Notes: generated by a model not told the origin, from the sequence alone. Positions 20,911 through 31,050 are shown, numbered from the stretch's first letter. The stretch: 64,000 bases of DNA from a bacterium (GCA_963693055.1 OY843751.1:1376001-1440000); one strand, 5' to 3'. A program made the numbers and translations.

Positions 20911-21005
20911 TTCTGTATCCGGGTTAGCTCTTTAATCTCGCACACACCGGAAATTGACTCTACACTTTTAATAATTGTAACTGTACATGACGCGCCACAA
21001 ATGAA

Positions 21006-21956
21006 TTAATCTTTAATTAAACGCAGAGAACATCCACATTCCCTGTACTCTTCATCAAATATGACATAAGTAGCAGCACTGGCTAATAGCATAATATCCG
21101 CGAAGAAAGAACGAGATGATGTTGAGGCCCATAGGGATGATGCATTTTCAAGATTTCGAAAATATCCTGATAAAGGAGCATCCAAACGGACAAACCGGTC
21201 TCCCGCGCCAAGGGCTGTAAATCCGCTTGAATTTGTTGCATTAACATTATAAGAGTTCCAATGCATGGTACCCTGTTCTTTAAGTTTGGAACAGGCGTCA
21301 TTAAAAAGATAGTTTTTTAGCGCATTCCACTCTCCCTTTGAAGGCACATGCCATCCCTCGGGCGCTATTTGACGGGCATCATCAACCACAAACCAGTTGT
21401 AAAGGTAACCATAAACATTGCCAAGCGAGTCCGAATTGTTATAAGAACAGCGTGCCCCGGTAGACAATCCATACCAATTATAATTATTTTTCTCTACAGG
21501 TATCGGGTCGCCATTTCTGTATAATGTCTCTTTTAAATTCTCCGCCATCCAAACCTGATTGCCGATTATAACGGTTTTATACAGTTTTCCGTCATTGCCC
21601 ATCATATAGTCATCTCTGGCAGTTAAACGTACTTTGTATTGATTGCCTGAGACATTGGGATTGTCTGCATAAAAATCCCACACAATATGTTTGTCCGTAC
21701 CCGGGGTGATATTTCCACCCACATCACCCGTCAGGTGTGTGCACATTAAATCCCATGTCGCTCCGTTATCTGCCGAGGCTTCAACCAATATGGCAAGCAT
21801 ATTCTCCCCAGAATAAGCTAAATTGTACCAGATATCCGTTATAAATGTGCCGTCGGTGCGCTGCTGCACGCGCACGTTTGAGACCTGGGCGTACAGGCAG
21901 CCAACGGTCAAGAATAATGTTGTTACCGTTGTTAAAAATTTCATGTTATTCCTCAT
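21006..21956 (-). CDS. FISUMP domain protein with N-terminal Ig/FN3-like domain
   Basis: Start set at MRNNMKF by analogy to paralogues; IGNQVWMAENL, YGYLYNW, APEGWHVP, SLRLIKD. Confidence 0.88.
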   Translation of the reverse strand: MRNNMKFLTTVTTLFLTVGCLYAQVSNVRVQQRTDGTFITDIWYNLAYSGENMLAILVEASADNGATWDLMCTHLTGDVGGNITPGTDKHIVWDFYADNPNVSGNQYKVRLTARDDYMMGNDGKLYKTVIIGNQVWMAENLKETLYRNGDPIPVEKNNYNWYGLSTGARCSYNNSDSLGNVYGYLYNWFVVDDARQIAPEGWHVPSKGEWNALKNYLFNDACSKLKEQGTMHWNSYNVNATNSSGFTALGAGDRFVRLDAPLSGYFRNLENASSLWASTSSRSFFADIMLLASAATYVIFDEEYRECGCSLRLIKD

Positions 21957-22051
21957 TGCTGTATCCAGGTCAGAGCTTTGATCTTGCACACACCGGTAAT
22001 TGACCATACACTTTCAATAATTGTAACTATATATGACGCACCACAAATGAA

Positions 22052-22999
22052 TTAATCTTTTATTAAACGTATTGTACATCCGTGCTTTTTATTAATCAAA
22101 TAATTATACATAGTATCTGTATTGTAACTCATTGTTAAGCTCCCACCATTAATGCCGTTAACATCTTGTTGGGCTAACCATATCCAGGCGTCCTCCCATA
22201 TGTCATTAAAATTACCATCGTCATTTCGTCTTCCGGCCGCTATTGCTGTAAAGCCGCTTTCATTTGTGGCGGCGGTATTGGGATAATCCCAATGAGCATA
22301 TCCGGTTTCTTTCATTTTTCCACCTTTCGAACCCCCTAAAAAATCATATAAATCACTAAAATCATAATAAGTTGGAACATGCCATCCGGAAGGCGCAAGA
22401 TTACCGGTTGCGACAACATACCAATTATATAAATAACCATAGCTGTTTGTGTAATTTTCATTATTATTATACACACACCGGGCGCCGGTTTCCAAAGTGG
22501 ACCATGTGGAACTGCTGGCTACAACCGGTATACTACTAATACCGTTTCTGTATTTTGTTTCCCTTAAATTTTCAGCCATCCACCATTGGTTACCAATCTT
22601 GACGGTTTTGTACACTTTACCGTCGTTACCGGTCATGGTGCTGTTATAAAAAAACAAAAGACGGACCTTGTACTGGTTACCACTGGTGTTAGGATGGTCG
22701 GCGTAAAAGTCCCATTCAATGTGCTTGTCCGTTCCCGCGGTAATTCCTTCACCCACATCGCCGGTGAGGCTAGAGCAAGACAGGTTCCATGATGCTCCAT
22801 TGTCATGAGAAGCTTCTATTATTATTTCGGCGGTTTTTGTATAAGAATCTCCCTCAAAACCCAGATCATACCAGATATCAACCACAAAATTGCCATCTGT
22901 GCGTTGAACCACCCGCACGTTGGAGACCTGAGCGTACAGGCCGCCGGTCATAAGGAGGAATGTCATTATTGTAATTTGAAATCTCATTCTGTACCTCAT
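22052..22999 (-). CDS. FISUMP domain protein with N-terminal Ig/FN3-like domain
   Basis: YKTVKIGNQWWMAENL, YGYLYNWY, APSGWHVP, GCTIRLIKD. Confidence 0.9.
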   Translation of the reverse strand: MRYRMRFQITIMTFLLMTGGLYAQVSNVRVVQRTDGNFVVDIWYDLGFEGDSYTKTAEIIIEASHDNGASWNLSCSSLTGDVGEGITAGTDKHIEWDFYADHPNTSGNQYKVRLLFFYNSTMTGNDGKVYKTVKIGNQWWMAENLRETKYRNGISSIPVVASSSTWSTLETGARCVYNNNENYTNSYGYLYNWYVVATGNLAPSGWHVPTYYDFSDLYDFLGGSKGGKMKETGYAHWDYPNTAATNESGFTAIAAGRRNDDGNFNDIWEDAWIWLAQQDVNGINGGSLTMSYNTDTMYNYLINKKHGCTIRLIKD

Positions 23000-23021
23000 T
23001 ATTTATACATTAGCTCAACAG

Positions 23022-23997
23022 TTAGTTCTTTACTAGACAGACCGAATGTCCTTTTCCTTTTTCGTCATAAAGACGGTAAATATTTAAATTATAACAGAGT
23101 ATGTAACGTTTCAATGCTTCATTTTCGCCATAGGATGAAGCAGACCAAAAATAGGCACGGATTCTCTTGTCAATAAAAATGCCTTGAATGTTGGAACAAC
23201 AACCGCCCGGTGTCGCTGTAAAAAGGCTTACGGCAAAATTAACATCATTTTTTGAAACATCATCTTGTAACAAATTTGCACGATCCGCCAGTTTACTACC
23301 TTCATCATCTCCGTAATCCAGATTTATTTTTGTCATCTACACTCATACCCAATGCGCGTTCCAGTTCCTTCCAGTCGGCATCTGTGTGAACATGCCAACC
23401 GTTTGGAAAAAAATCATGCGGATTTTCCAGATCCACAACTTACCAATTGTATAAATAACCAAAAGTTGAAGCATTATCTGGATTATTATCAAAATAACAA
23501 TAAGCGCCAATATTAATATTAGTCCAATCCTGATTGTTTACTGTGGTTGCTATGGTTGACCCATCGTTATAATGCTTTCCCCTTAAATTTTTTGCCATCC
23601 ACCATTGGTTACCAATTTTTATTGTTGGGTACACATTAGCATCGTAATCCCTCATGGTGTCGGTTAATAAAAGAATTACACGTATTTTAAACTGATTACC
23701 GTTAGTGTTAGGGTTGTTTGTGTAAAAATCCCAAACAATGTGTTTGTCCGTACCCGCTGTGATATCCTCACCAGCGTCGCTGGTAATGCTGGAACAATTC
23801 AGATCCCAGGTTGTGCCATTGTCGTCAGAGGCTTGAATAATTATTTCGTTATCACATCCTTCGGAATTATTGAAATCGTACCAGATATCAACTATAAAAG
23901 TGCCGTCTGTGCGTTGTTGAACTCTCATGTTGGAAACCTGGGTGAATAGACTGCCGGTTATATTAATTATTAAAAATATAGTATATAGTGATCTCAT
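23022..23997 (-). pseudogene. FISUMP paralogue pseudogene
   Basis: In-frame TAA at 23440 (YLYNW* where paralogues have NWY/NWF). The frame continues with PNGWHVHTDADWKELE, then frameshifts near 23310 into ...GSKLAD...FWSASS...GHSVCLVKN*. Confidence 0.85.
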
Positions 23998-24124
23998 AAA
24001 AATTCTTGTATATTTGAATTGTCTTACAAATAGGCAAGATTCCTGGAAAGATTTAGACGGCATGTTGTAAAAAAAATTTTTACAACGATTTATTCTTGTT
24101 TTAAAATTTACAAAAATAAACAAA

Positions 24125-24173
24125 ACAGTACCAAGCACATATGTCGCAAAAACCAGTACATATGTCGCATTTG
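24125..24173 (-). promoter_or_regulatory. Candidate AraC/HTCS operator, ATGTCGCA x2 at 21-bp period
   Basis: ATGTCGCA at 24141 and 24162, between the HTCS stop and the first FISUMP gene. Confidence 0.7.
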
Positions 24174-24192
24174 GAATTTTTAGAAGTGTTAT

Positions 24193-26997
24193 TTAAAAAG
24201 TGTATTGGGAAGGAGATTTGCCAAACCGTTTTTTAAAGCAGCGTCTGAAATAGTCAGGGCTGCCGAACCCGGTTTGGTAGGCAATTTCTGATATGGTGGC
24301 GGTTTTACTTTCTAACATTTGAATAGCATGTTTTAGCCGGATTGAATGGATAAAATCAACAACAGTTTGGTTGGTAAGCGCATGGATCTTGCGGTGCAAT
24401 TGTGAGCGAGACAAGGCCATCTTACTGCTTAACCAGTCTACACTCAGATCGGGATTGTTTAAATGCATTTCAATCAAATCCGCCGCACGCTTTAAAAAAA
24501 CCTCATCGGCAGGCATGACCGCAATATCTTTAAGGGGGGTTGTGATTTGTTTGTTAAATCGTTGGCGCAGTTTTCGGCGCTGATCGATAAGGTTTTTGAT
24601 CCGTACTTTGAGCTCGTCCGGTTCAAAAGGTTTGGTAAGATAGTCGTCAGCACCCAAGGTAAGGCCTTCAATTTTGCTGGCACTGTCTGAACGGGCGGTA
24701 AGTAACACAACAGGTATATGGCTGGTGCGTTCATCGGTTTTCAATTTTTCACAGAACTGGTACCCGTCCATGTTGGGCATCATTACATCACTGATTACCA
24801 AGTCGGGAATGCAATTGATTGCCTGTAGCAAACCGTCTTTGCCATCGACTGCTTCCAGTATTTCATATTCATCTTCAATAATCTCATGAATATAGGCGCG
24901 CAGCTCTGAATGGTCTTCGGTAATGAGAATGATGGGGGCATCTTTTTTCTTTGAATGTCGAACAGGAACAGGCTTGTCATCCTTGTCATGTATATCCACA
25001 GGTGGTTGTTTGGTACTCTTGAAATTCAAAGAGGGTACTGGTGCAAAATCTTGTTCTGAAAAATGATCTTTTCCCAAAGGCAGATGTACAGTAAATGTGC
25101 TGCCCTTGTCTATTTCACTGGATACTGAAATTTTACCACGATGCAGAAGCACAAGTTCGCGAGCCAGTGCCAGCCCAATTCCGCTGCCTTGCTGGTTTTG
25201 TGGGTATCCGTTTTCAACCTGGTAAAACCGATCGAAAATATGTTCAAGGTGCTCATCTGGAATCCCTGGACCGGTGTCTGATATGCTGATTTCCAGGGAA
25301 TCGTTTTGAGAAACCGAAACTTTGATCTCTCCACCGGTGGGTGTGAATTTAACAGCATTTGATAAAAGATTGCCTAGTACTTTGTCGATTTTATCCCGAT
25401 CAATCCAGACATAGGCAGCATTTAAACCGGTTTCATATATCAAACTGATTTGATGATGAACTACATGAGATTCAAATGTCTGACATACACCTTTAATTAG
25501 TGGCCAAATATCTGTTTTTTTAACTTTTAATTCCATACGTCCTGATTCAATGCGGGAAAGGTCAAGCAGCTCATTCACCAGGTTTAAAAGTCGGCGACCA
25601 TTCTTTAACTGTAAACGTGACCTCTTTCGTATGTTTTTATCTTGTGATTCATTCAGAATCTGTTGTGCTGTACCCAGAATCAGGGTGAGGGGGGTACGGA
25701 ATTCATGGGAAATATTGGCAAAAAATCGGGATTTCATTTTATCAATTTCTTTAAACTTTTCCGATTCGATGACTTTTTTCTGAGCAATCTCTTTTTGGCG
25801 ATTGTTTTCAATATACCTGTCAATGATGATCAATGTAAGACAGATAACAAAACCCAGGGTGCCGAAATGAATCAGTCTGATATTTGATGATATATTGATC
25901 ACATAATGCAGAAAAAGTTCAAGACCACCAAATAAATAAAAAATAATCAATCCTATAAAAAGTAACTTGATTTCGCGCTTACCTTTGGTTGAACTCTTGA
26001 TCACCAGAATAAAATTGGTTGTGGCGCTTGTGGAAGTAATTATAAAAAATAATTGATAAAACAGATCCGTAAAACGGTTCTTGATAATAATCATTGACAA
26101 TATTGATAGTAATAGAAAAAACAGGTGGCCCTTCCAAAAACGTCTGACGACAGGTTTGAATTTTTTAGTGATAATCTGTTCCGTGAGATACAAGCCGCCA
26201 ATGGGTGAAGACATTAATGAGAAAAAATCCAGTAAAAAAAAGAGTCGCGGAGCATAGACCATTGTTTGAAGAAAGTAAGAATTGCTTCCTGTAAAGATAC
26301 CAATTGAAATTAAAAATGTAGCAATTCCAATCAATAGATTGTTTCTCTGCACAAATAAATAAATAAATAATAGTACAAAGCCAAGAATAATAAAAAGCGG
26401 GGCAAAGATGATTTCATCTATATCTTTGATAAATAGTTTTTTTAAAATAATGTCTGCCGGGGCAAGCCAGATGGGTTGATTTAAACCTATTGTAGATTTA
26501 TCGGACCAGATTCGAAAACAAAGAATACCTTTGGAATAATCATCGGGAAGACGTACAAGCATCATATGCCAGCCAACAAACAAATCTTTGTTTGTTGTGA
26601 AATCACCAAATTGATAGATTTGTTGGTCATTTAGGTAAACCTGAACAATTTGCCTTACACTGGGGAAAAATAACGCAGGGTCTGAGTCTTTAGTATCCGG
26701 AAGCTGTGTTCGTATCCACAAACTATTATATCCCGTATTGGGGATGTCGTCAAAGTTTTCTACGGATATCCATTTGTTTGAATCAATACCGTCATCCAAC
26801 CAGATTAAATGTCCGTTTGCATCTTTAGGAGAATCCCCAATACGATACTGCCAACCGTTCTCAATATTATATATCTCGTTTGATGTATTGGTATTATAGT
26901 TAATGATATTCGTTTCTTTGCCGAAACAAAGCGTTGAATATAATATAATTACAAACAAAATATATGTTAAGACCAATGGTCGATTAGTCAGAATCAC
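24193..26997 (-). CDS. Hybrid two-component system: extracytoplasmic beta-sandwich sensor, 7TM (7TMR-DISM-like), HisKA, HATPase, REC, AraC HTH
   Basis: FFANISHEFRTPLTLI, NLLSNAVKFT, DTGPGI, GSGIGL, SDVMMPNMDG, EIAYQTGF...YFRRCFKKRFGKSPSQY; about 7 hydrophobic segments. Confidence 0.92.
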   Translation of the reverse strand: MILTNRPLVLTYILFVIILYSTLCFGKETNIINYNTNTSNEIYNIENGWQYRIGDSPKDANGHLIWLDDGIDSNKWISVENFDDIPNTGYNSLWIRTQLPDTKDSDPALFFPSVRQIVQVYLNDQQIYQFGDFTTNKDLFVGWHMMLVRLPDDYSKGILCFRIWSDKSTIGLNQPIWLAPADIILKKLFIKDIDEIIFAPLFIILGFVLLFIYLFVQRNNLLIGIATFLISIGIFTGSNSYFLQTMVYAPRLFFLLDFFSLMSSPIGGLYLTEQIITKKFKPVVRRFWKGHLFFLLLSILSMIIIKNRFTDLFYQLFFIITSTSATTNFILVIKSSTKGKREIKLLFIGLIIFYLFGGLELFLHYVINISSNIRLIHFGTLGFVICLTLIIIDRYIENNRQKEIAQKKVIESEKFKEIDKMKSRFFANISHEFRTPLTLILGTAQQILNESQDKNIRKRSRLQLKNGRRLLNLVNELLDLSRIESGRMELKVKKTDIWPLIKGVCQTFESHVVHHQISLIYETGLNAAYVWIDRDKIDKVLGNLLSNAVKFTPTGGEIKVSVSQNDSLEISISDTGPGIPDEHLEHIFDRFYQVENGYPQNQQGSGIGLALARELVLLHRGKISVSSEIDKGSTFTVHLPLGKDHFSEQDFAPVPSLNFKSTKQPPVDIHDKDDKPVPVRHSKKKDAPIILITEDHSELRAYIHEIIEDEYEILEAVDGKDGLLQAINCIPDLVISDVMMPNMDGYQFCEKLKTDERTSHIPVVLLTARSDSASKIEGLTLGADDYLTKPFEPDELKVRIKNLIDQRRKLRQRFNKQITTPLKDIAVMPADEVFLKRAADLIEMHLNNPDLSVDWLSSKMALSRSQLHRKIHALTNQTVVDFIHSIRLKHAIQMLESKTATISEIAYQTGFGSPDYFRRCFKKRFGKSPSQYTF

Positions 26998-27183
26998 TTT
27001 GTTCCTCAGACGATTACTAATGGAAGTATATTTTATCTATATAAAATATAATAATTATTATAAAAAACATAATTTTTTTACGAATTAATTTTAAAAAAAC
27101 GCTGACAAGCATTTCTGCCTTGCCAGCGTTAAATGTGATAAATGACAGGCAACAAATACCTATCTGAGAATATTTGATTCGAA

Positions 27184-28281
27184 TTATTTCATAAACAATA
27201 CCTTTTGTACCTGGGAAGTATTTCCAGTCTGCATGCGCACCAGGTAGGTTCCGCTGGGTGCCATTACACCGGCATCGGTTGAGCCGTCCCATTGGACCGA
27301 GTATTGCCCGGCGGTCTGGTACTGATCGCTGAGCAGTTTGATCTGACGGCCTAATACGTCATATACTGCCAGAGTTACATGGCTGTCTTTTGCCAGATTG
27401 TATTTTATATTGGTTGACGGATTAAAAGGATTGGGGTACGCCGTGAATAGCTGTGTGGTTGAGGGGATGGCTGCTTTAACGGATGTTGTGCCGATCTCTG
27501 ATTTTTCTCCATTTATATCTATTTCTGACAAACGGTAATCGTAATCTGCTCCTGCAGATATAGTATTGTCTATAAAATCGTATTGAGATGGGGAAGAGGT
27601 AGTACCTTGTCCGGTCAGTTCTGCATCGTGTTTATAAGATGCAATTTGCCGCCAGCCGGTATTTTCGGATTTACGCTCAATGATAAATCCCAGATTGTCG
27701 GTTTCGCTTACGGTGGTCCATTCTAATTCGACTGTATTGTTGCTGTGGGGCGCGGAAAAGGAGGTCAGTTCCACGGGCAACGAAGCATCACCTAAAATTA
27801 AATCGTCAAACGCAAAGCCACTTAATTCTTCGCTTTTTGTAACAGTAAATGATGTTACATTTGTCCAATTAAGCGTGACTGTTTGACCCGTTGCTTTAGC
27901 AATTGTATCATTTACCGGTGAATTTGATCCACCCGTAGGAGTATATGTCCAGGTACCATCATAACTTCCGCTTGCGTTAACGGCATATATTGTAAGGATA
28001 TCTACAGATTCCGAAAAAGTAAAAGTAATTGTCTGAATATTGGTTACGGATGCCATGACAACATTTCCGGAAGCTCCACCAAAACCAGCAGATGCAAAAA
28101 GTTGTATATAACGTCCCCCACCGGCATCCGCAGTAGTTACAGTAACAGTAATATCACTAACCGTTTCCTGAACAATAGTTGCCTGAGATTCACCAATTTC
28201 TGTTGCGGTTTCCCAGGTAAAAGTTTGTGCAAAAAGTATGAAAGGTAGTAAGAGAAAAAGTGTCAATAACAATTTTTTCAT
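27184..28281 (-). CDS. Secreted protein with small N-terminal beta domain, LPVEL-Ig and CTD
   Basis: Signal peptide ending FA|Q; GDASLPVELTSF; YPNPFNPST; QVQKVLFMK. Confidence 0.85.
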   Translation of the reverse strand: MKKLLLTLFLLLPFILFAQTFTWETATEIGESQATIVQETVSDITVTVTTADAGGGRYIQLFASAGFGGASGNVVMASVTNIQTITFTFSESVDILTIYAVNASGSYDGTWTYTPTGGSNSPVNDTIAKATGQTVTLNWTNVTSFTVTKSEELSGFAFDDLILGDASLPVELTSFSAPHSNNTVELEWTTVSETDNLGFIIERKSENTGWRQIASYKHDAELTGQGTTSSPSQYDFIDNTISAGADYDYRLSEIDINGEKSEIGTTSVKAAIPSTTQLFTAYPNPFNPSTNIKYNLAKDSHVTLAVYDVLGRQIKLLSDQYQTAGQYSVQWDGSTDAGVMAPSGTYLVRMQTGNTSQVQKVLFMK

Positions 28282-28394
28282 TGTTTAACTCCAATTGTGT
28301 GGGGTAGAGATTTAGGAAAAGTTTTAAATGGACTGGTGTAGTGATATTATTATTATATCGGCAGAAATTATCAATACTTTGATTAAAAATGATA

Positions 28395-28432
28395 TAAAAA
28401 AAGCCCTCTCGGCAAATTTCCGAAAGGGCTTT
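28395..28432 (-). terminator. groEL Rho-independent terminator
   Basis: aaagccct.tcgg / ccga.agggcttt stem plus U-tract on the minus strand. Confidence 0.85.
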
Positions 28433-28462
28433 GTATTTTGAAAGGAAAGTAAGGTCTGTATA

Positions 28463-30097
28463 TTAGTACATACCACCCATACCACCCATGTCGCCGCCAG
28501 GAGGCATTGGCATGGCTGATTTTTCTTCGGGTTTGTCTACAATTGTTGCTTCGGTCATGAGTAACAGAGATGCAACACTTGCAGCATTTTCTAAAGCAAT
28601 ACGAGTAACTTTGGTTGGGTCAATTACGCCGGCTTCATAAAGATCTTCATAAGTTTCTGAAGCAGCGTTGAAACCAAAACCATCTTTGCCTTCTTTAACT
28701 TTTTGAATAACGATAGAACCTTCAAGTCCTGCATTTTCAGAGATCTGACGCAGAGGTTCTTCAAGAACGCGTTTCAAGATATTGATACCAATTTCTTCAT
28801 CGCCGTCAACTTTAACTTTATCCAGTGCGGGAAGTGCGCGAATGATTGCAACACCACCACCAGGGATGATACCTTCTTCAACTGCTGCGCGGGTTGCGTG
28901 CAGAGCGTCTTCAACGCGGGCTTTCTTTTCTTTCATTTCTACTTCAGTTGCAGCGCCTACGTTCAATACAGCAACACCACCGGCCAATTTTGCCAGACGT
29001 TCCTGCAATTTTTCTTTATCATAGTCAGAAGAAGTGGTTTCGATCTGTTTTTTGATTTGTGCAATTCTACCTTTAATATCTTCGGTTTTGCCAGCGCCTT
29101 CAACGATAGTTGTGTTGTCTTTATCGATGGTAACGCGTTTTGCAGAACCCAGATCGGTTACAGTTGCGTTTTCAAGTTTGAAACCGGTTTCTTCAGAAAC
29201 AACGCGTCCACCCGTCAGGATAGAGATATCTTCCAGCATGGCTTTACGACGATCACCAAAACCAGGAGCTTTAATAGCTGCAACGCGCAGGGTGCCACGC
29301 AATTTGTTAACAACCAAAGTTGCCAATGCTTCGCCTTCAATATCTTCAGCGATGATCAATAAGGGTTTGCCCATTTGAGCAACTTTTTCAAGAATTGGCA
29401 GCAAGTCTTTCATTGCGCTGATTTTTTTGTCATGGATGAGGATCAATGCTTCATCCAAAACGGCTTCCATGCTTTCCTGATCGGTAGCAAAATAGGGAGA
29501 GAGGTAACCACGGTCAAACTGCATACCTTCAACAACTTCAAGATAAGTATCGGTTGTTTTGGCTTCTTCAACAGTAATAACACCGTCTTTACCAACTTTT
29601 TCCATAGCGTCTGCAATCAAGTCACCAATTTCAGAGTCATTGTTTGCAGAGATAGAGCCAACCTGTGCAATTTCTTTTTTGCCAGGAAGAGGTTTGCTCA
29701 TGCTTTGTAATTCCTCGATAACGGCTTTAACGCCTTTTTCGATACCACGTTTAATAGAAGTAGGGTTAGCACCAGCGGTCACGTTTTTCAGACCTTCGCG
29801 GCAAATTCCCTGAGCCAGAACGGTTGCAGTAGTGGTTCCATCACCGGCAATATCACTGGTTTTGGAAGCAACTTCTTTAACCATCTGTGCGCCCATATTT
29901 TCCAATGGATCTTCAAGTTCAATTTCTTTAGCAACGGTAACACCGTCTTTAGTTACTGTAGGAGCACCAAATTTTTTGTCGATAACAACGTTACGGCCTT
30001 TGGGTCCCAGAGTAACTTTAACGGCATTTGCTAATTGATCAACGCCGCGTTTCAGGGCGTTTCTTGCCTCTACATCAAAGGTTACAATCTTTGGCAT
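28463..30097 (-). CDS. groEL: Chaperonin GroEL
   Basis: [29 protein letters not shown] and a GGM tail. Confidence 0.99.
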   Translation of the reverse strand: MPKIVTFDVEARNALKRGVDQLANAVKVTLGPKGRNVVIDKKFGAPTVTKDGVTVAKEIELEDPLENMGAQMVKEVASKTSDIAGDGTTTATVLAQGICREGLKNVTAGANPTSIKRGIEKGVKAVIEELQSMSKPLPGKKEIAQVGSISANNDSEIGDLIADAMEKVGKDGVITVEEAKTTDTYLEVVEGMQFDRGYLSPYFATDQESMEAVLDEALILIHDKKISAMKDLLPILEKVAQMGKPLLIIAEDIEGEALATLVVNKLRGTLRVAAIKAPGFGDRRKAMLEDISILTGGRVVSEETGFKLENATVTDLGSAKRVTIDKDNTTIVEGAGKTEDIKGRIAQIKKQIETTSSDYDKEKLQERLAKLAGGVAVLNVGAATEVEMKEKKARVEDALHATRAAVEEGIIPGGGVAIIRALPALDKVKVDGDEEIGINILKRVLEEPLRQISENAGLEGSIVIQKVKEGKDGFGFNAASETYEDLYEAGVIDPTKVTRIALENAASVASLLLMTEATIVDKPEEKSAMPMPPGGDMGGMGGMY

Positions 30098-30154
30098 GTT
30101 TAACTATCCTCCATACTTGTATGGTTAATTTAATGATTCAAAGTAATTTAAATA

Positions 30155-30439
30155 TTATATAACTGCCAGAATATCGCTTTCGCGCATAATCAGGTAATCT
30201 GTTCCATCGATAGTCACTTCCGTACCGGAATATTTTCCGTACAATACAGTGTCGCCAACTTTGACTTCGAGGTCAACTTTGGAACCACTGTCAGCAACTT
30301 TACCAGGACCTACAGCTACGATTTTTCCCTGCATGGGTTTTTCTTTTGCTGTATCCGGAATGATTATGGTGCCCTGTGTTTGTTCTTCGGCTTCAGTAGG
30401 TTGTACGACAACGCGATCTGCCAATGGTTTGATGTTCAT
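30155..30439 (-). CDS. groES: Co-chaperonin GroES
   Basis: [30 protein letters not shown]. Confidence 0.99.
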   Translation of the reverse strand: MNIKPLADRVVVQPTEAEEQTQGTIIIPDTAKEKPMQGKIVAVGPGKVADSGSKVDLEVKVGDTVLYGKYSGTEVTIDGTDYLIMRESDILAVI

Positions 30440-30496
30440 AGATTATCCTCCTGTTTCAATATATAAGGTTTAAATGTTATGTTTTTTACTTTTTTG

Positions 30497-30523
30497 TTAG
30501 CACTCTCTTTTAAAGAGTGCTAA
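30497..30523. promoter_or_regulatory. CIRCE element (HrcA operator)
   Basis: Perfect TTAGCACTC-N9-GAGTGCTAA upstream of groES. Confidence 0.97.
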
Positions 30524-30819
30524 CACCGTAAAAAGATATAATATTCCCCCAAGAAAAGCAAGAAAAAATTTTAAAATTGATTGATTTTTTTAACAAATAC
30601 GCCGTAAAACATGGGGGAAATGTGATGTTTTTTACAATTTTTTACTTTTTTTTCTTGACATTATTACATCATATGGATATATTCAAAAAGGGAGGCCATA
30701 CATAGTTGTTTAGTATTACTTTAGGGAGGGTTGTGTTTCCACAAAAGTGCCAAATCGTATGAATATCATCATGTTCGAATGGAAAATGACATTAATCCTA
30801 TCAGAAGGGGATTTTGGTT

Positions 30820-31050
30820 ATGAAGGAATTTGTTGAACACATTGTAAAGCACCTCGTCGATAATCCTGACGCTGTTAAAGTTACTGAAGTTTTTGGTGAA
30901 ACAACTGTCGTCTATGAACTTCGCGTTGATCAACCGGATATGGGTAAAGTTATTGGTAAAAACGGCAGAACTGCTCACGCAATACGAGTAATTTTAAGCG
31001 CAGTAGCTAGAAAGGCTGGAAAACACGCCACCCTTGAAATATTAGAATAA
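30820..31050 (+). CDS. khpA: KH-domain RNA-binding protein KhpA
   Basis: LVDNPDAV and [17 protein letters not shown] motifs; 76 aa. Confidence 0.92.
   Translation: MKEFVEHIVKHLVDNPDAVKVTEVFGETTVVYELRVDQPDMGKVIGKNGRTAHAIRVILSAVARKAGKHATLEILE

Noticed and set aside
16465-23997. Diversity-generating retroelement targeting the FISUMP genes
   Set aside because: FISUMP-type domains can be DGR targets, but the window has no reverse transcriptase and I see no TR/VR pair differing only at adenines. The paralogues differ throughout, including indels.
28466-28492. Short tandem repeat CATACCACC
   Set aside because: It encodes the normal Gly-Gly-Met tail of GroEL.
28703-29362. Long antisense ORFs (this one, 33227..34288, 10146..10952 and many short ones in the track)
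   Set aside because: They are shadows of well-supported genes on the opposite strand or frame, with no recognisable motifs.
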